Below are positions 11,701-24,838 of a stretch of 64,000 bases of DNA, piece by piece. Source of the DNA: Vicugna vicugna (Eukaryota); contig MU058059.1 in assembly GCA_013265495.1 (NCBI GenBank), forward strand, positions 3,573,502-3,637,501. Reading direction: 5' to 3'. The position numbers and the translations under genes were made by a program. Every line of letters begins with the position of its first letter. The first letter of the stretch is position 1. The notes under the pieces are model-generated. The model was given only the letters and a program-made list of their open reading frames with translations, ran no database searches and was not told the origin of the DNA.

Positions 11701-14139
11701 GAGAAAGGACTTTACACTGAGATGTAATCTTACTCCTGGAGTGATTTATGGAAGTGAATGTGTTTATGAGTTGGCTGAAATAGCCCGTGTTCCCTCCTCC
11801 TTTTGTGGAGTGGTGATGACTGCGCTGGCAGCCCCCTGCGCCGCGAGATGGGGGGCTTGAGCCAGATAAACTCAGGGTCTTTTGAGCCTCCCACTTACTT
11901 GTTTCCTCCATTTGCTTGGTTTCCTCAGTCCTTCTGGCATTCTGTTAGAAAACAGTGCCGTCTTTGTAAAGATTTATTAAGTAAACACTGGTGATGCATC
12001 ACTTTCTACGTGCCGGCTATAGTTTTGAGCACCTTATGATATCAAGTTATGCTCCATTTAAAACGGTGAAGCGTTTACCCGATCTGGAAGAGACGGGAGC
12101 TAAGACCCGAGGGAGGGCGACCTGAAGGGGCCGTTTCCTGAAGGAGGACGTGATTTTACTTCTGTGAGCAGCACGCTTGAGCTGCCTTCCTCACCTTAGG
12201 TACCCACGAGGCCACCTGTGAAAGGTTCTGAACTCGGGCTCCTCTGCACAGGCAGCCCAGGGCAAGTCCTCTAGCTCCACCGCCTTTCGGGGGGGACACG
12301 AGGCACTTGCCCGTGAACCCCTGGGGACGGAGCATTATTCTGCCCTCCTCGGGGCGGGGGGTGGGCAGGAGCTCCTTCCTGGGATGCTGACCCCCTCTCC
12401 CCTTGCCGACCTCAGAGGAGGATCACCAGGAATTAAATAGCCTAGCTGCCCTGTTGCCGGGTTACACCAACAACAAAACAAGGACCCTTGCTGGGCAGCG
12501 CAGCCTGGGGACTGGCCGGAACCGCAAGAATGTTGTTTCCTGCCGTCCTCCCCACGGAGCACCTCCCAGCGCTGCAGCGCTGGGCCAGCCCAGGCTTCCG
12601 CCTGTGTCCAAGACAAGGCAGGCTGAAATGCAACATCTGATTCCCATCAGAGTCTGGGTCTGGGAGGAGACGCCCCCCTTCTGTGTGTTTTCAGCCCTCA
12701 GCCCCCCTCCCGGCCCTTGTGGAAGGCTGGGTGAGTCTCCACCCTCATCCCCGGGACTTTTCCCGTTGCACTTCCTCTGAAGTCCGCACAGCCCCCTACC
12801 TGCGTCCTCCTGCACCCTGACGGGGGAATCTTGTCACTCAGTTGTTCAGCAGGTACTTAGCGATCACCCCCAGGTGCCAGCCCCCTGACACACAGCCCCC
12901 TGAGGGTCAGAGATCCACCGCACGTCAGGGGGACAGGCATCCCCTGGGATGGGGGCACGAAGAGGGTGCACGCAGGCTGCGGGGGCGGGCGGGGGCCCAC
13001 TCTAGGAGGAGCGGTGCTGGACCCCGCTCTCCCGGAGGCCACATGTGGACCCCTGCCAAGTGCCGGGGAGGGCCGGGCAGGAGCAGGTGCAGGGCCCAGA
13101 AGCAGACACAAGCACAGCAAGTCCCCAGGACGGCTGCCCACTGGGAGCGGCTGTGTCTCGGGGCCCGGGGCCAGAGGCAGCGGCTGGAGAGTCTGGTCCT
13201 GCCAAGGCGCTGGGCTTCAGCCCACCTGAGGCTGTGGCCCGACATCAGTGAAGTCTGTTCACGGAACCATCTGATGGATTTGCAGTTTTGAAAGATCCCC
13301 ACAGTGAGCACGCGGGTGATGGTTGGAGCCTGGAGGGCCAGGTAGTGGCCGTTGCAGAAGTCTGTGCGACAGGTGACAAGGGCCTGACCAGGGAGAGTGA
13401 GCGGACTTCATCACTTAGCACTGAGAGGAGACGGGGGGCCTTCTACGATGCCTCTGTGGTTCCTGGCCTGGGAGGCAGCAGGTTTACAGGAAGAGCAGAA
13501 GGGCAGTCAGTATAAACAGAGCAGCTGTATTTTCAAAGCCCACGGCTGTTGACGTAGCGATGAGCCTCTGCGGCTGGCACCACACCCCGCGCAGCTAACC
13601 CTGCTGGAGGTCGTCACCCATCCCGGTCCTGGCCCGTGCCGCTTTCTCTCCCCACCACCCAGCTCTGCAGCCTGGTGCTGACTCCGGTCTCTTCCTGTGG
13701 TCCCTTGACGTCAGTATCTTCTCCCGTGGTCTCCAGGGTGATTTCGGGGAGTCCTGACTTCCTGTCGGGAGCTTGATCTACAAAGTCTGAAAATAATCTT
13801 TCCCATCAAAATTGACTGGCTGTGTGTTTGTGCCTCGGCTTGGGTGAACTCGTTTCAGTTTACCTGTTTTAAGGCCTCACACAGTGCCCAGCCTACGGCA
13901 GACGCTTGGTAAATATTTATGGGAAGAAACGGACAGAAGTCACTGATGCCAGGGTGTCCTGTGGTCACGATGACAGAAGGCCAGTCAGCAACGGTGGCCT
14001 TCCACCGTCACCAGGCTGTGCATGGCCTCTTCTGAGACACAGCTGGAGGGGTTCCCAAGGTCACCCGATGGTCACATGTCTGCCAGATGCTCCAAGGAAG
14101 CCCATGCTCCCCTTTCTGGGGGCCTTCTTTCAGATCGTA

Positions 14140-14730
14140 GCTGTACCATTTGTTCCAACAATTTTCTGACACCAGCCGGGTGTCCTGCAGTTCCACCTGT
14201 TTCTGACGGTCACTACCCAGAGTGAGCGCAGACCCCTCCGAATGGAGAACTCAGTGCCACAAGACTGCCCCCACTCCAGGCGCCAGCTCAGGTCTGGGGT
14301 GTCCCCAAGTTACCCACACTCCTGCCCAACAGACTGCCGATCTCGGGGGGATGGTCCCCTGGCCCACCCCCACCAGGGTCAGTAACTCACTGGAGCAGAC
14401 TCACAGAACTCAAGGACACACTAGACTTAACGACTGGTTTCCCTGCAAAGGATACAGGTTAGGAGCTGGCCAACGGAAGGGCACACAGGACGAGGTCCAG
14501 GGGTGGGTTGCGAGCTGCTCCCCTGCCCCCTCCCGGGACTCCGCCCTCCCAGCCTTGGGGTCTCGGCAGCTTCCTTGGTTGACAAGTGTGCCCTCCCCGC
14601 TCAGAGATTAGCAGACATGGCCTTCTTATCTGCCCCACCTTTGGGCCAGACTGAGCCCAGAAGAGCCCTTTCCTGGAATATTTCAGTGTACAGTTCATCC
14701 CACAAAAAACTGAAGACTTTTTTAAATAAC
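14140..14730. mobile_element. Solo LTR remnant (MER21-like, ERVL group)
   Basis: ctcagtgccacaagactgcccccactccaggcgccag...ggagcagactcacagaactcaagga resembles MER21-family LTR consensus as recalled. Family and boundaries are tentative. Confidence 0.5.
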
Positions 14731-15306
14731 CGAGAGGCCTGGGGCTGGTCTGTTAGAAACAAGAAGGAGGGTAAATTCTGGGGTAATTTCTTCCCCGTGT
14801 GTCTCTGGTGAGAAAGACAACATGCATGCAGATTCTGCACGGACTCCACTCAGGAGGCTGCTTCTCTGGTGGAGGTGCTGGGCCCACATCTCCAGTGCGG
14901 TGGGGGGGCCCCTTCCCCCCAGTGCCTGAAAATTCCTCCTCTCTTGTGATTTGGGGGCTGGAAAGAATTTAAAAGTCAGGTAGAATTTTCCCAGTAACTT
15001 TATAAACTGGTTGAAACCACTGATGAGGCATGTTGGGGGGGCGAGGGAAGGGACTGGGGTGGGGGTCTACCCTGTCTCCCAGTGCTGCTTTCCCCCCGTC
15101 TGCCCTCCTCTCTCACCCGCAGCACCGGAGGACCCCCCAACCCTTCTCTTCACTCTCCTCTTTAGGCCCCTTTGTGCACCATTTTCCCCTAGAATGTGGA
15201 GCTGAGCCTGTCACTGTCCCTCCATGGCCACGAGGTGCCCTCCTGGTCCCCCGCCCAGATACCACATCCTTCATTGTCAATCCTCTGTTGTCAATCCACC
15301 CAAGGT

Positions 15307-15495
15307 AGTGCTGGATGAGGAGTGGACTTAGGCTGTGCTGGGTGCGGGGTGGACCTGGGCAGTGCTGGGTGCGGGGTGGACCTGGGCAGTGCTGGGTGCG
15401 GAGTGGACCTGGGCAGTGCTGGGTGCGGGGTGGACCTGGGCAGTGCTGGGCACGGAGTGGACCCGGATAGTGCTGGGCGCGGAGTGGACTTTCAG
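15307..15495 (+). repeat. G-rich minisatellite, 27-bp unit x ~7
   Basis: Unit AGTGCTGGGTGCGGGGTGGACCTGGGC starts at 15307, 15334, 15361, 15388, 15415, 15442 and 15469. Central copies are near-identical and terminal copies are diverged. Confidence 0.95.
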
Positions 15496-16482
15496 CAGTA
15501 CCTGGGGTGGGGAGATGGGAGGATGGGGGCCTTTGTCAGGCCTTTGCATCACAGGCCCTCATCCCATTTTTGCTGCTTCTCAAGGCCACACTTCGGTGAC
15601 CTCCTCCATGGCGCCCACCTGGGTTCTGTTGGTAGAGCATCACTTTCTGCCCCTCAGCTCTTGAAGCACTTTGTTGTCCACGTAACGCACATGCTACAGT
15701 GCTTTGGCTTCCCTTGACCGTGGACGTGCGTGTCTTCGCTCTCAAGGGCAGGATCCAGAAGGCAAGGACTAGGGATTTCTCTGTACCTACGAGAGGGGCT
15801 GGCAGACTGCAGCGCTCTCTGAACAGTTGTTAAATAAATGAATGAGCTGCCAGAGGATAGGCACTGTGTCTTTTTTTAATCTTTGGATCCACCACAGTAT
15901 CTTCAGATTAAAAGTAGATTGGTAAATGTCTGTTTAGATTATTCATCTGTATAGAGTTCGTGTCCTAAAAGCCTGTTGGAGGTGAAAGTCCAGGTAAGCC
16001 GCTGCAGCCGTAAGCGTGTCATTTCCTAACTTCCAGATCAGGTCACGTGTTTCCTCTGATTTGTGAGAGTCTCACAGAAGCACGTTTGCACGCGTGTGCA
16101 CATACACGTGTGATTTTTAAAAAACATTGTCATTGTCATGGGGAAAAATTTTGCAGTCAGCCCGAACACCAGAAGCGGGGCTGGGTCCCTCCTTGCTCGC
16201 TCAGGATGCCTCTTCCTGCTGTTCTGGAATTCCTTCCTTCAGCAGGACCGTGGGCTGTGTTCCATGCTTGCACGTCTTGTCTCCGTGGGGCCAGAGACCA
16301 CGTTTTAAACTTTATGAAGGCTCAGCCACCCGAGGCTATTAATACGTGGCTGAGCAGCCGAGTCGTTGTTCTGCAGGAACACGAGGGAGCTGATTCTACA
16401 TGAGCCTCTTCTTCAGCCTGTTGGGTTATTTATTCTTTACAGACAAGCACTCATCTCTGTCTGGGTCTGACCTGTTTTCCAG

Positions 16483-16592
16483 GGAGGTTCCCCTGAAGGA
16501 CGCTAGGGAGTACGCAGAGTCCATCGGAGCCGTCGTGGTTGAAACAAGCGCCAAAAACGCTATCAACGTCGAGGAGCTCTTCCAGGGGATCA
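16483..16592 (+). CDS. RAB31: RAB31 penultimate coding exon (110 bp): (R)EVPLKDAREYAESIGAVVVETSAKNAINVEELFQGI(S)
   Basis: Acceptor ctgttttccag|G and donor CA|gtgagt. Contains the Rab G5 box ETSAK and matches RAB31/RAB22B sequence. Phase-1 end joins the next exon in frame. Confidence 0.96.
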
Positions 16593-19539
16593 GTGAGTAC
16601 CCGATCTGCGCTTTCAGCCCAGCTTGCATGTTCACGCCTCGGGGAGTCAGAGGAGAGGAGAGCTTTTCCAGTGTGAACTTGCTGGATGCCTCCCAGTTCT
16701 GTCCCCGCCATCCTGTGCTTTAACGTGCTGGGTCTGTGTTCTGTGAATCAAGAGGAAGTAACCCCACTGAAAAAAAAATTATTTTAATCAAAGAATGATG
16801 TTCCCTGTAGCATTTTACATTAGTATGTAGAGGGGAGGAGACATAAAATAGAGTGATAAGGTGTGGAAAACCAAAGTCACCCCTTAAACCGAATGACTCT
16901 AGGCAAACAAAACAAGAGAAGCTTTGAGTAATTTCTTTCACCTGGTGACGTCAACAGGCGGTCGTGTCTGTGTCCCACATGCCTTGAGACTGGGAACTGG
17001 GTGGAGAGTCGGCGTGTAAAGGTTTTCCTCATTTCTGGTCGGTTATTAACAGGAGGTGCAGGCTTCCCTCTTCGTCTCCAGTCCTGGGTCCTGTTTGCTT
17101 CCATTTCTTTATGTTGGTCCCACAAAGAAGCCTCATCTTGGGCTGTTTCCCAGCCGATGGCCATAGTGCACCTTCACAGCCTCTCTGGTAACGGCGCTGT
17201 GTCGTGGGTCCCCTCAGAGAGCGACCTGCCAGCAGCCGTCTTGGGACATCGTGTCTTTAGATGCCCACAGGGCACATGCTTAGTGAGGTGCCAGGACTCA
17301 AAGTCCTGGGCTTCCCATCCCAGGAAAAGTCAAACCCCAGAACAGTTGGCAGTTGCTGTCAAGTATCTTGTCTGCAGATGATTCCACAAGGGAATGCAGA
17401 GGGAAATGGGTGGCTGGATCTCCCTCTGGCCTGAAGTCATTGTCGGCGATGCTTTCCAGGCCAGAGGGGCCGTGGCTTCCCACAACAGATTCAGTTTCCT
17501 TTGGACTGGCTTGGTTTATTACTTCAGACACTGAGAACCCTCAGCAGGAAATGTTTCGCCTGAGTCTCGGCTGGAAGGAAAGTCAGCTGGAGATGGGCCC
17601 TGGGCTCCTCACCAGACCCAGAGAGGTGCAGAAGGCAGCCAGGTGTCTACAGCCCTGGCCCCGCTTGTCTCCTGGGGTCCTTGCCACCTTCCCCCCTTCC
17701 TCCTTCAGAAGAATGCATTTTCCTGCTGGTATTTCACACTCTCAACAGAATAGTGTTCTCCAGGCTCGTGGGCCTGAACGCTGGAGACCTCACACCCCCA
17801 GACTCCGGCTCCTTCCCATGGTTGCAGCGTGGGCGCCAGGCTCTGCTGTGTGTCTGGGTGACAGCTCACTGGGTTTGGCCTGAGCTCATTCCATTCACCT
17901 CACGTGTCCTTAGGCCAAACTCGGTCCTTTCTGGGGACGTTCAGCTTTTCTGGTACCTCGGGCTAGTTGTAGTAAACATCTCGTTTCCGTTAACGGTTTG
18001 ACTTCGTGAAGCAGGGCAGCTCCTGATAGTGTGACCTTCACTCCTGTCCCACGTCCAGCTCCTGACAGTTTCCCGGGCCCTCTTCCCAGCCCTGGTGTGG
18101 CTCCGCGTACCAGAGATTCAGCTTGGCATTTCTGCACAAGCCAGGGGATTGTCTGAGGTTTATGCAAAGTCATTCTTTCAGTAAAAAAAAAAAATGACAG
18201 AAGGACCTCAAAGAAGAAAACGAGCCTAAGGCTGCAGACCCAGCTGGCAGTCAGCCTCCCCCACCCGCCCCAGGAGCCCCGGTGCCTCCGTGGGCCTCCT
18301 GTTCCTTCAGGTGGACGTCTTCAGAGCGGGCTGTGGGTGCCTGCTTGCAGGACCGAGCACTCCTGGCTACGTCGCAGCAGGCCCCCTCGTTTGCTTTTCT
18401 GTCCCCTCCCCAACTTGAGTTACGCCTGCTCCTCCCTGAGCTCAGAGCAGGACGAGCTGTCGCTGAGCCCCGCGCCCCCGCGGGGCAGGGCTGCTGAGAC
18501 CACACGCTGGGAGAGAAGAGGCCACCGACAGCCAAGCGCAGGGACGGGGACGAAAAGCACGGCTTTGAAGAGCTGTGCTTGAGCAAAAGGAATTCCCGTC
18601 GACTCGGACCAAGAGACACATTTTCTCGTCACCTTTCCCGAGTGTTCAGAAGCCAGAAATGGGACGACTGTGATTTTGGAACGTGAGTTAGTGTCTTCCC
18701 TAACAGGAATGTTTAGCAGAATCCTGTCTGTTTCCAGGCCGAAGCTACCTCTGAAGGACGTAGGTGCTGCCTCTTCGGGGTGGTCTGGCCGCAGTCCTCA
18801 ACTCAAACTCCCGCCCCTTGAGAAAACAAGTCTCTCCCTGAGGGCAAGAAGAGGTGGGGCTGCAGGCTCTCCAGGAAAAACGTCTGGACCGGGGCTGCGC
18901 TTCTGCTCCGCTCCCGTGCGCGCCGACCGTGCAGAAGGAGCGGGGTCCTGAAAGCCACATCTGGAGACACTGCACTAGGGGTTTTGTTTGTGTGCTGTGG
19001 GTCTGAGAACAAGGTGAGAAGTGATTGCTTTTTAAAAGGGAATGTAATTAGAGGTACAGGCATATGTGTTTGGAGAAATTAGAATAGGGTGTTAATGTGA
19101 AAGACAGGAAGCTAAGCCTTGTGGGCGGCAGTCACGTCTGTCTGTTGCCATCCGTCGCTGCGAAGAGTGTTGGAGTTTTGGAGTTTCCTCGGTAGTCATT
19201 TTTGGTTTGGAACAGGTTAAAAAGTTTGAGAACGAAACAAAACGTCTGCACATTTTATAACACAGTACAGCAAGCTGTCAAACGAAGGTCAGTTGAGCCA
19301 CCAAGGCCCAAGGAAAAGATGGCGGTAAAGCTGGTCACGTCCTTATCCCCCCAGAACTCACTTTAGCAAGTGCGTGTAAGAGAGCTCGCCCCAGCGAAAT
19401 CACGCAGTTTCAGAAACAGGCACGTTGGGTATCAGAAGCCCCAAACTCTCCTGTCTTTTGTCCCAGGGAGTCTAAGGCAGAAATTGATCAAGTGTGCAAA
19501 GTATGGTAATCTTATGTTTACCTTACAGTGAGTTCTCAC

Positions 19540-19745
19540 CCTGGGCCATTGTTGCAGTTGCTTGGCTTATGTTAACTCGTTACTGCAAGCTTCATCTCAC
19601 GAAATGGGCCCCGTTGTCGGCCCTGTTTTACGTCAGAGGAGGTTGAGGCTTGGAGAGGTTTGCACGCTGCTCTGGGTCACCGCTGAGCGAGAGGCCAGGA
19701 TTAAACAAGGCCGGCGGCAGGGCCCCCGAGCCCACGCTCTCAGCT
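19540..19745 (-). mobile_element. MIR SINE remnant
   Basis: ccctgttttacgtcagaggaggttgaggcttggagaggtt..tctgggtcacc..ccaggattaaacaagg resembles the MIR core. Confidence 0.55.
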
Positions 19746-20162
19746 GCTGGTCTGTGTCACTCCTCACTGGCAGTTTATGGTAGCATTATTCATGATGGTG
19801 AAAAACAGGAAACGACTCCCCCATCCAAACCTGGGGAAATAATTCTTAAGAAGTCATAGTACAGCAGTATAAACCAGTGATTAAAAATGAGGATGTAAAT
19901 CCTTCTTTGCTGACGTTAAATTGTGGAGTGTGAAACAAACGTTGCAGAGCAGTTGTGTAATATCCTGATTTTATAAAATGTGAAGCAGATAGTATGTAAT
20001 AGCAGACATATTTTTCTGGGTAAAGACTGGAAGGGGGCACACACATTAAAATGTTAGCAGTGATGAGATTGCAGGGAACTTAAAAAAAAAAAGAAGACTT
20101 TATTACGGGGATATTTAAACATATACACCAGTAAACTGAATAACGTAGTGAACCGTCACGTG

Positions 20163-20491
20163 CAGTTGTCCCTCAGTGTCCTTGGAGGACTGCTTCCGGG
20201 ACCCCGCGGGTACCAACATCCCAGGATGCTCAAGTTCCGTGTGTAAAAGGCTGTAATACTTGCATGTAGCCACGCACGTCCTCCCGTATACTTCACATCA
20301 CCTCCAGTTTACATGTGATACCTAAGACTACGTAAATGCTATAGTTCTAAATGCTATTCAGATAGTTACCAGTGTGGCAAATTCTAGTTTTGCTCTTTGG
20401 AACTTTCTGGAATGTTTTTTCCCTGACTGTTCTCAGTCTGCAGTGCATTGAATCCTCAGATACAGAACCTGGGGAGATGGAGGGCAGACTG
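20163..20491 (+). mobile_element. MER2-like Tigger (TcMar) MITE with terminal inverted repeats
   Basis: Begins cagttgtccctcagtgtcc and ends ggagatggagggcagactg (reverse complement cagtctgccctccatctcc). The internal ggatgctcaagttcc..gcacgtcctcccgtatacttc matches MER2. Confidence 0.8.
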
Positions 20492-21270
20492 TCCTCATGG
20501 CCACCTGGTTTCATCTCTGGCCCACATTCCCCCCCGCCCCCAGCCACGACTTCCCACCTGTATTATTTTGAAGAGAACCCCAGATACCATATCGTCTGTA
20601 AATATTTTCAGTCTGTAATCTTCTTTAGCTTAATGACAATACATGATCACATCAATAGTCACAATGCTGTTACATATTAACATCATCAAATATCTAGCGT
20701 CAGATTTTCAGGTAGCTCATTATTGTCAAGCATGGTTTCTGTGTTTGCGTTTCACAGTTTGTTTGGATCTGGATACAAATAAGCTCCACACAGGGATAGA
20801 ATTAGCTGGCGTGTCTTTTCGCCTCATAAGGAGTCAGTTCCCTCCCCATCTTTCTCCCTTTTCCCTCCATGCAGTTTCTTCATTCAAGCAGTTTTGTCAT
20901 TGTCCCACAGAGTTTTAACACAACGTGGATGTTCCTGAGTTCCATTTAATTGCTGAGTGGTGCCCCACTGCGTAAAAATCTGTCAATTCGTTCCCAGAAA
21001 CCTTTGGGTTGTTATCAGGTTTTGGCAATTGTGGGCAAGGCTGCTGTGAGCACCCACGCACAAGTCTTTGTGGGTGAATACCCAGGGGCGCGTGTCTGGC
21101 TTACCTAGGAGGCAGTGGTTCGCTGTCCAAGGGGCGGCCGAACCACTCCCCGAGGTGGCCTCAGCACCAGTGGATGAAGCTCCAGTAGCCCCGCATCCTC
21201 ACCAGCACGGGAACGGCCCGCTGATAGATTCCAGTCGTTCAAACGGGAGTATGGTGGTCTCTCCTGTGTA

Positions 21271-21411
21271 TTTTGTTTTTTGGGGTTTTTTTGGTAGAGG
21301 GAGGTAATTAGGTTTATCTATTTTAATTTTTTTTTTAGTGGAGGTATGGGGGATTGAATCTGGGGCCTCGGGCATGCTAAGCACGTGCGCTACCACTGAG
21401 CTACACCCTCC
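21271..21411 (-). mobile_element. tRNA-Ala-derived SINE (vic-1-like)
   Basis: gggaggtaattaggtttat..gtggaggtatgggggattgaatctggggcctcgggcatgctaagcacgtgcgctaccactgagctacaccctcc. Confidence 0.88.
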
Positions 21412-21657
21412 GCCTCGCCCTGTGGTCTTAAGCCCGCCTTCCTAGTTACAGTAACACGGAGCGCCTTTTCCTGTGCCCACTCGCAGTCTTCTGTGAAGCC
21501 TCGGTTCCAGCTTTGCCCATTTTGTATTGAGTTGTTTGCTTATGGTCAGGTCCTAAAGATGATTTCTAGATTTTGGATACATGCTCTTTGTCAGATGTTT
21601 GTTTTTTAAATATGTTTGCCCAGACTGTGGCTTGTCTTTTCATACATTTAAAAAAAG

Positions 21658-21805
21658 TTTTTAATTGAAATATAGTTGATTTACAATGTTAGTTTCAGGT
21701 GTACAGCAAAGCGATTCAGTTATACATACGCACACAGGTATATTTTCTTTCTTCAGATTCTCTTCCATTATATGTTATTACAAGAAATTGAATATACTTC
21801 CCTGT
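21658..21805 (-). mobile_element. LINE-1 3' end fragment
   Basis: ttaattgaaatatagttgatttacaatgttagtttcaggtgtacagcaaagcgattcagttatacat; same family as 3494-3745. Confidence 0.75.
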
Positions 21806-21959
21806 GTCTTTTCATTTTCTTCACAGTGTCTTTGGAGGAGCAGGAGTTTTTCACTTTGATGAAGTCTAGCTTGTTAGATTTGTTCTGTGTGGCTTGTGTT
21901 TTTTTTTTGTGCACGTCTCATAAGTTTTAAGTGGTAAAATGAAAAGTAAAAGTGTAGAT

Positions 21960-22470
21960 CCATGCAATAGAATATTATCCATCCATAAGGGGAAATGAGC
22001 TAACAGGCCATGGAAACGCACGAGAGACCCTTAAATGCATATTTACCAGGTGAAAAGGCTACCTGCTGTGTGATTCCAACTGTGTGGCATTCTGGAAAAG
22101 GCAAAACCACGGAGACAGTGCGAAGATCAGCGGTTGCGGGGGGCTGGGGGGCGACGGGGTTGTCCTACAGAGTTTTAGGGCTGTGAACTATTCTCTGTGA
22201 CGCTGTAATGGTGGTCAGTGTACATTTATCAGCACCCACAGAATGTGCAGCACGGAGAGCCCTGCTGTACACCATGGACGTCACTCACTTGCTGATTAGC
22301 GATGGCTAGTTTTGATAACTGTTCCCGACTCCTGCAAGATGTTGGAATGGAGGAAGCTGAGGAGGCGGGGGAGGCGTGTGTGCGAACTCCCTGTACTTTA
22401 TGCTCAATTTTTTCTATAAACCTAAAACTGCTCCCCCCCCAAATAGTGGTCTATTAATTAAAAAATAAAC
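21960..22470 (+). mobile_element. L1MC-type 3' end
   Basis: gaatattatccatccataagg..aaaaggctacctgctgtgtgattccaact..ttctggaaaaggcaaaaccacggagacag..ctataaacctaaaactgctc..aaaaataaa. Confidence 0.75.
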
Positions 22471-24726
22471 TATAAGGAAATGATGCCTTTGAATGGTAGG
22501 GAGGCCTGATGACCTTAGAGGAACTCCAGCCCCTCCATGTTGAAGACGTTTGGCACTTGGGACCCTTGGCGGGGTGGCCACCCCCTACCCTCCTCTGCTG
22601 GGCGTCACCCTTCCTTCAGCTCCTAGGCTTTGACGTCCGATCTCTGCGTCCCTCCTCACCCACCCACTTCCCACCAGTTGGCACCTGCTCCACTTCTCTT
22701 TTCATCTTTGTTTTCTGCTTCCCCCACTGCCCCCAAATTAAGCCTCTCGCCACCCCTGGCCTGGACTTGTGCCAGGCCCTGGCTCGACTCACTCCCTGAC
22801 CTTAAGGGGTTCTGGTCCTAGGCCTAGACTCTTTAATATTCCGGGTCGTCTGTCTTCTTTACGGCAGCAAAAGGACGGTTCAGAGGATGCCCTCAGGTGT
22901 CCTGCGTGTGCTTCCCCAGGGGGACGTTCCGTGATTGTCAGCCACAGCACTGTTCCCTAGAGACCCCCCCCTTCTAAATAAAGGAAGAGGCTTGGAGCTC
23001 ATCGCCAAGAGTGACCGCTGCCAAGTCCTAGTAAAGTTGGTCGGTGCACTAAGCTGCATGATTTAGAAAACCAGGATCAAGAAATGGAAGTGACTGGGCA
23101 ACACCAACACCTCTAACACCCAGCGAAACAAAATGGAGCTTGTGGACCCTGGGACTGGAATGAGAGGCGGGGGGCCCCAGGCCTGCGCGGGAAGTGGCCG
23201 GCCCGCCACACGGGGAGGGGCAGCTGCAGCGAGCCCGCTGTTTTATTTCTGTCGTGTGTCAGAGCTTTGCAGCCCCAGGCCAGAGCCGTGACGATGTAGT
23301 TTATCGCTTGGAATTGGGTCTCGCCCATCTTGCGTCCTTGAGGAATCATTTATAGAACCTGCTTTTTCTCTAGGGTGTCAACTTTCAGGAAAACGGAACT
23401 CAAAAAAAAAAGTCTTAAGTTTTTCCAAGCAGAATCTTACACAATCCAAACCTTATTAAAATAAACACCCTGCCCTGAGATTTATACACCAGGATGACTT
23501 GTCTGGAGAATGTGTACTCAGAGGACGTTTTGTAAGAGCAGGAACACACAGTCATGCTCAGAGCCTTTTCCGATGTTTGTGTATATAGTTTTGTCCTAGT
23601 CTGTGCCCGTGTACGAAACACTGAGTCAGCGGTGTTCCAAGGTGATCACCTTGGTACCAAACGCCACGGTCATTTTCCAGAACTGCTCCATTGTGTAAGC
23701 GCATTTAACCTTTCAGCAGGTTCCAGATAACTCAGATCACAAGATGTAAGGTCTTGGTGTGCTTTCACAGCGCTGCTGGCTTCCTCCTCCTTTGGAGGTG
23801 CTTGCCTCATTGGAAGCACTTCCTTTCTCCTTGCTGTTTGAAGTTGGACTGTGTGGACCCCTCCCAGGTCGAGTGTTCTGTTAAAGAACAGGTTGGCCCC
23901 AATCCTGGTCACCAAACCCCAGGTTTCCACTGCGGTGAGCCGGGAACACGGGGTGTCTCCCTGCTCAGACCTCACCCGAGCTGCGGCTGGAGCCTGGGAC
24001 GGCTGGGGACCCGTCCACTGTTGCCAGGTCCTGCCATGACAGCAACCGCACGCGGCTGTGGCGTGTCGTCCCCACACTACTTCCCGTATCTTTTTTCTAG
24101 GTGGGGAAAGGCAGTCACAGAGATATCAGAGAACGTGTCCAGATTCACTCAGCTGGGACACTTACTCTCAGATCTCTAAACTCTTTCTGCCAGATAAGAA
24201 GATCCAAGTCTAAGGAAACTGCAGTAATTTCGTCTTGGAGAAGTATTTGGTCCTGTTAAGTGAGATTCGGGATATTTTGAAGATGAATAGACTCTGGCAT
24301 CTCTCAGAAGTCAGGTCACTGATTCAAAAACGTTGCTCACAGTTTAAAGCAAATAAGAGGGGACCATTTTTTGTGACTTTAATGAATGTCTTATGGATGA
24401 GCTTCTTAACTATTTGCAGTACTTTTCGTAGGAAAAAACTTACGAAAATGTATGGCACGAGGCATTGCAGACGAAGTTGTGTACAGGAAGGCTGGAGGTC
24501 TAACGCTCTTTCGCTCACTTTAGGGCTGACATTTTAAGAACACCATGAAGTTGCTGTTAGCACAGGACATGGATTTTCGTATCATCAAAAACGCTGATCA
24601 GTGAGCAGTACTTGTCCGTTAACTAGGGCAACAGTGTGCACCGATCAGAATTACCGTTTTGTCCGAAAATATTTATGACCCAAAAGTCCCTATTGCAGCT
24701 CCTAACACCCTCAAGAGGCACGTGGA

Positions 24727-24838
24727 TTTTTTTGCAGGGGTGGGGTTAGGTTTATGTGTTTTGGTGGAGGCACTGGGGATGGAACCCAGGACCTTGTGCA
24801 TGCCAGGCACACACTCCACCACTGAGCTATATCCTCCC
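24727..24838 (-). mobile_element. tRNA-Ala-derived SINE (vic-1-like)
   Basis: ggtggaggcactggggatggaacccaggaccttgtgcatgccaggcacacactccaccactgagctatatcctccc. Confidence 0.85.

Noticed and set aside
15307..15495. CRISPR-like array or repeat-protein ORFs (15322-15717, 15335-15664)
   Set aside because: Head-to-tail repeats with no unique spacers in a mammalian intron. The ORFs are open only because the 27-bp unit lacks stops.
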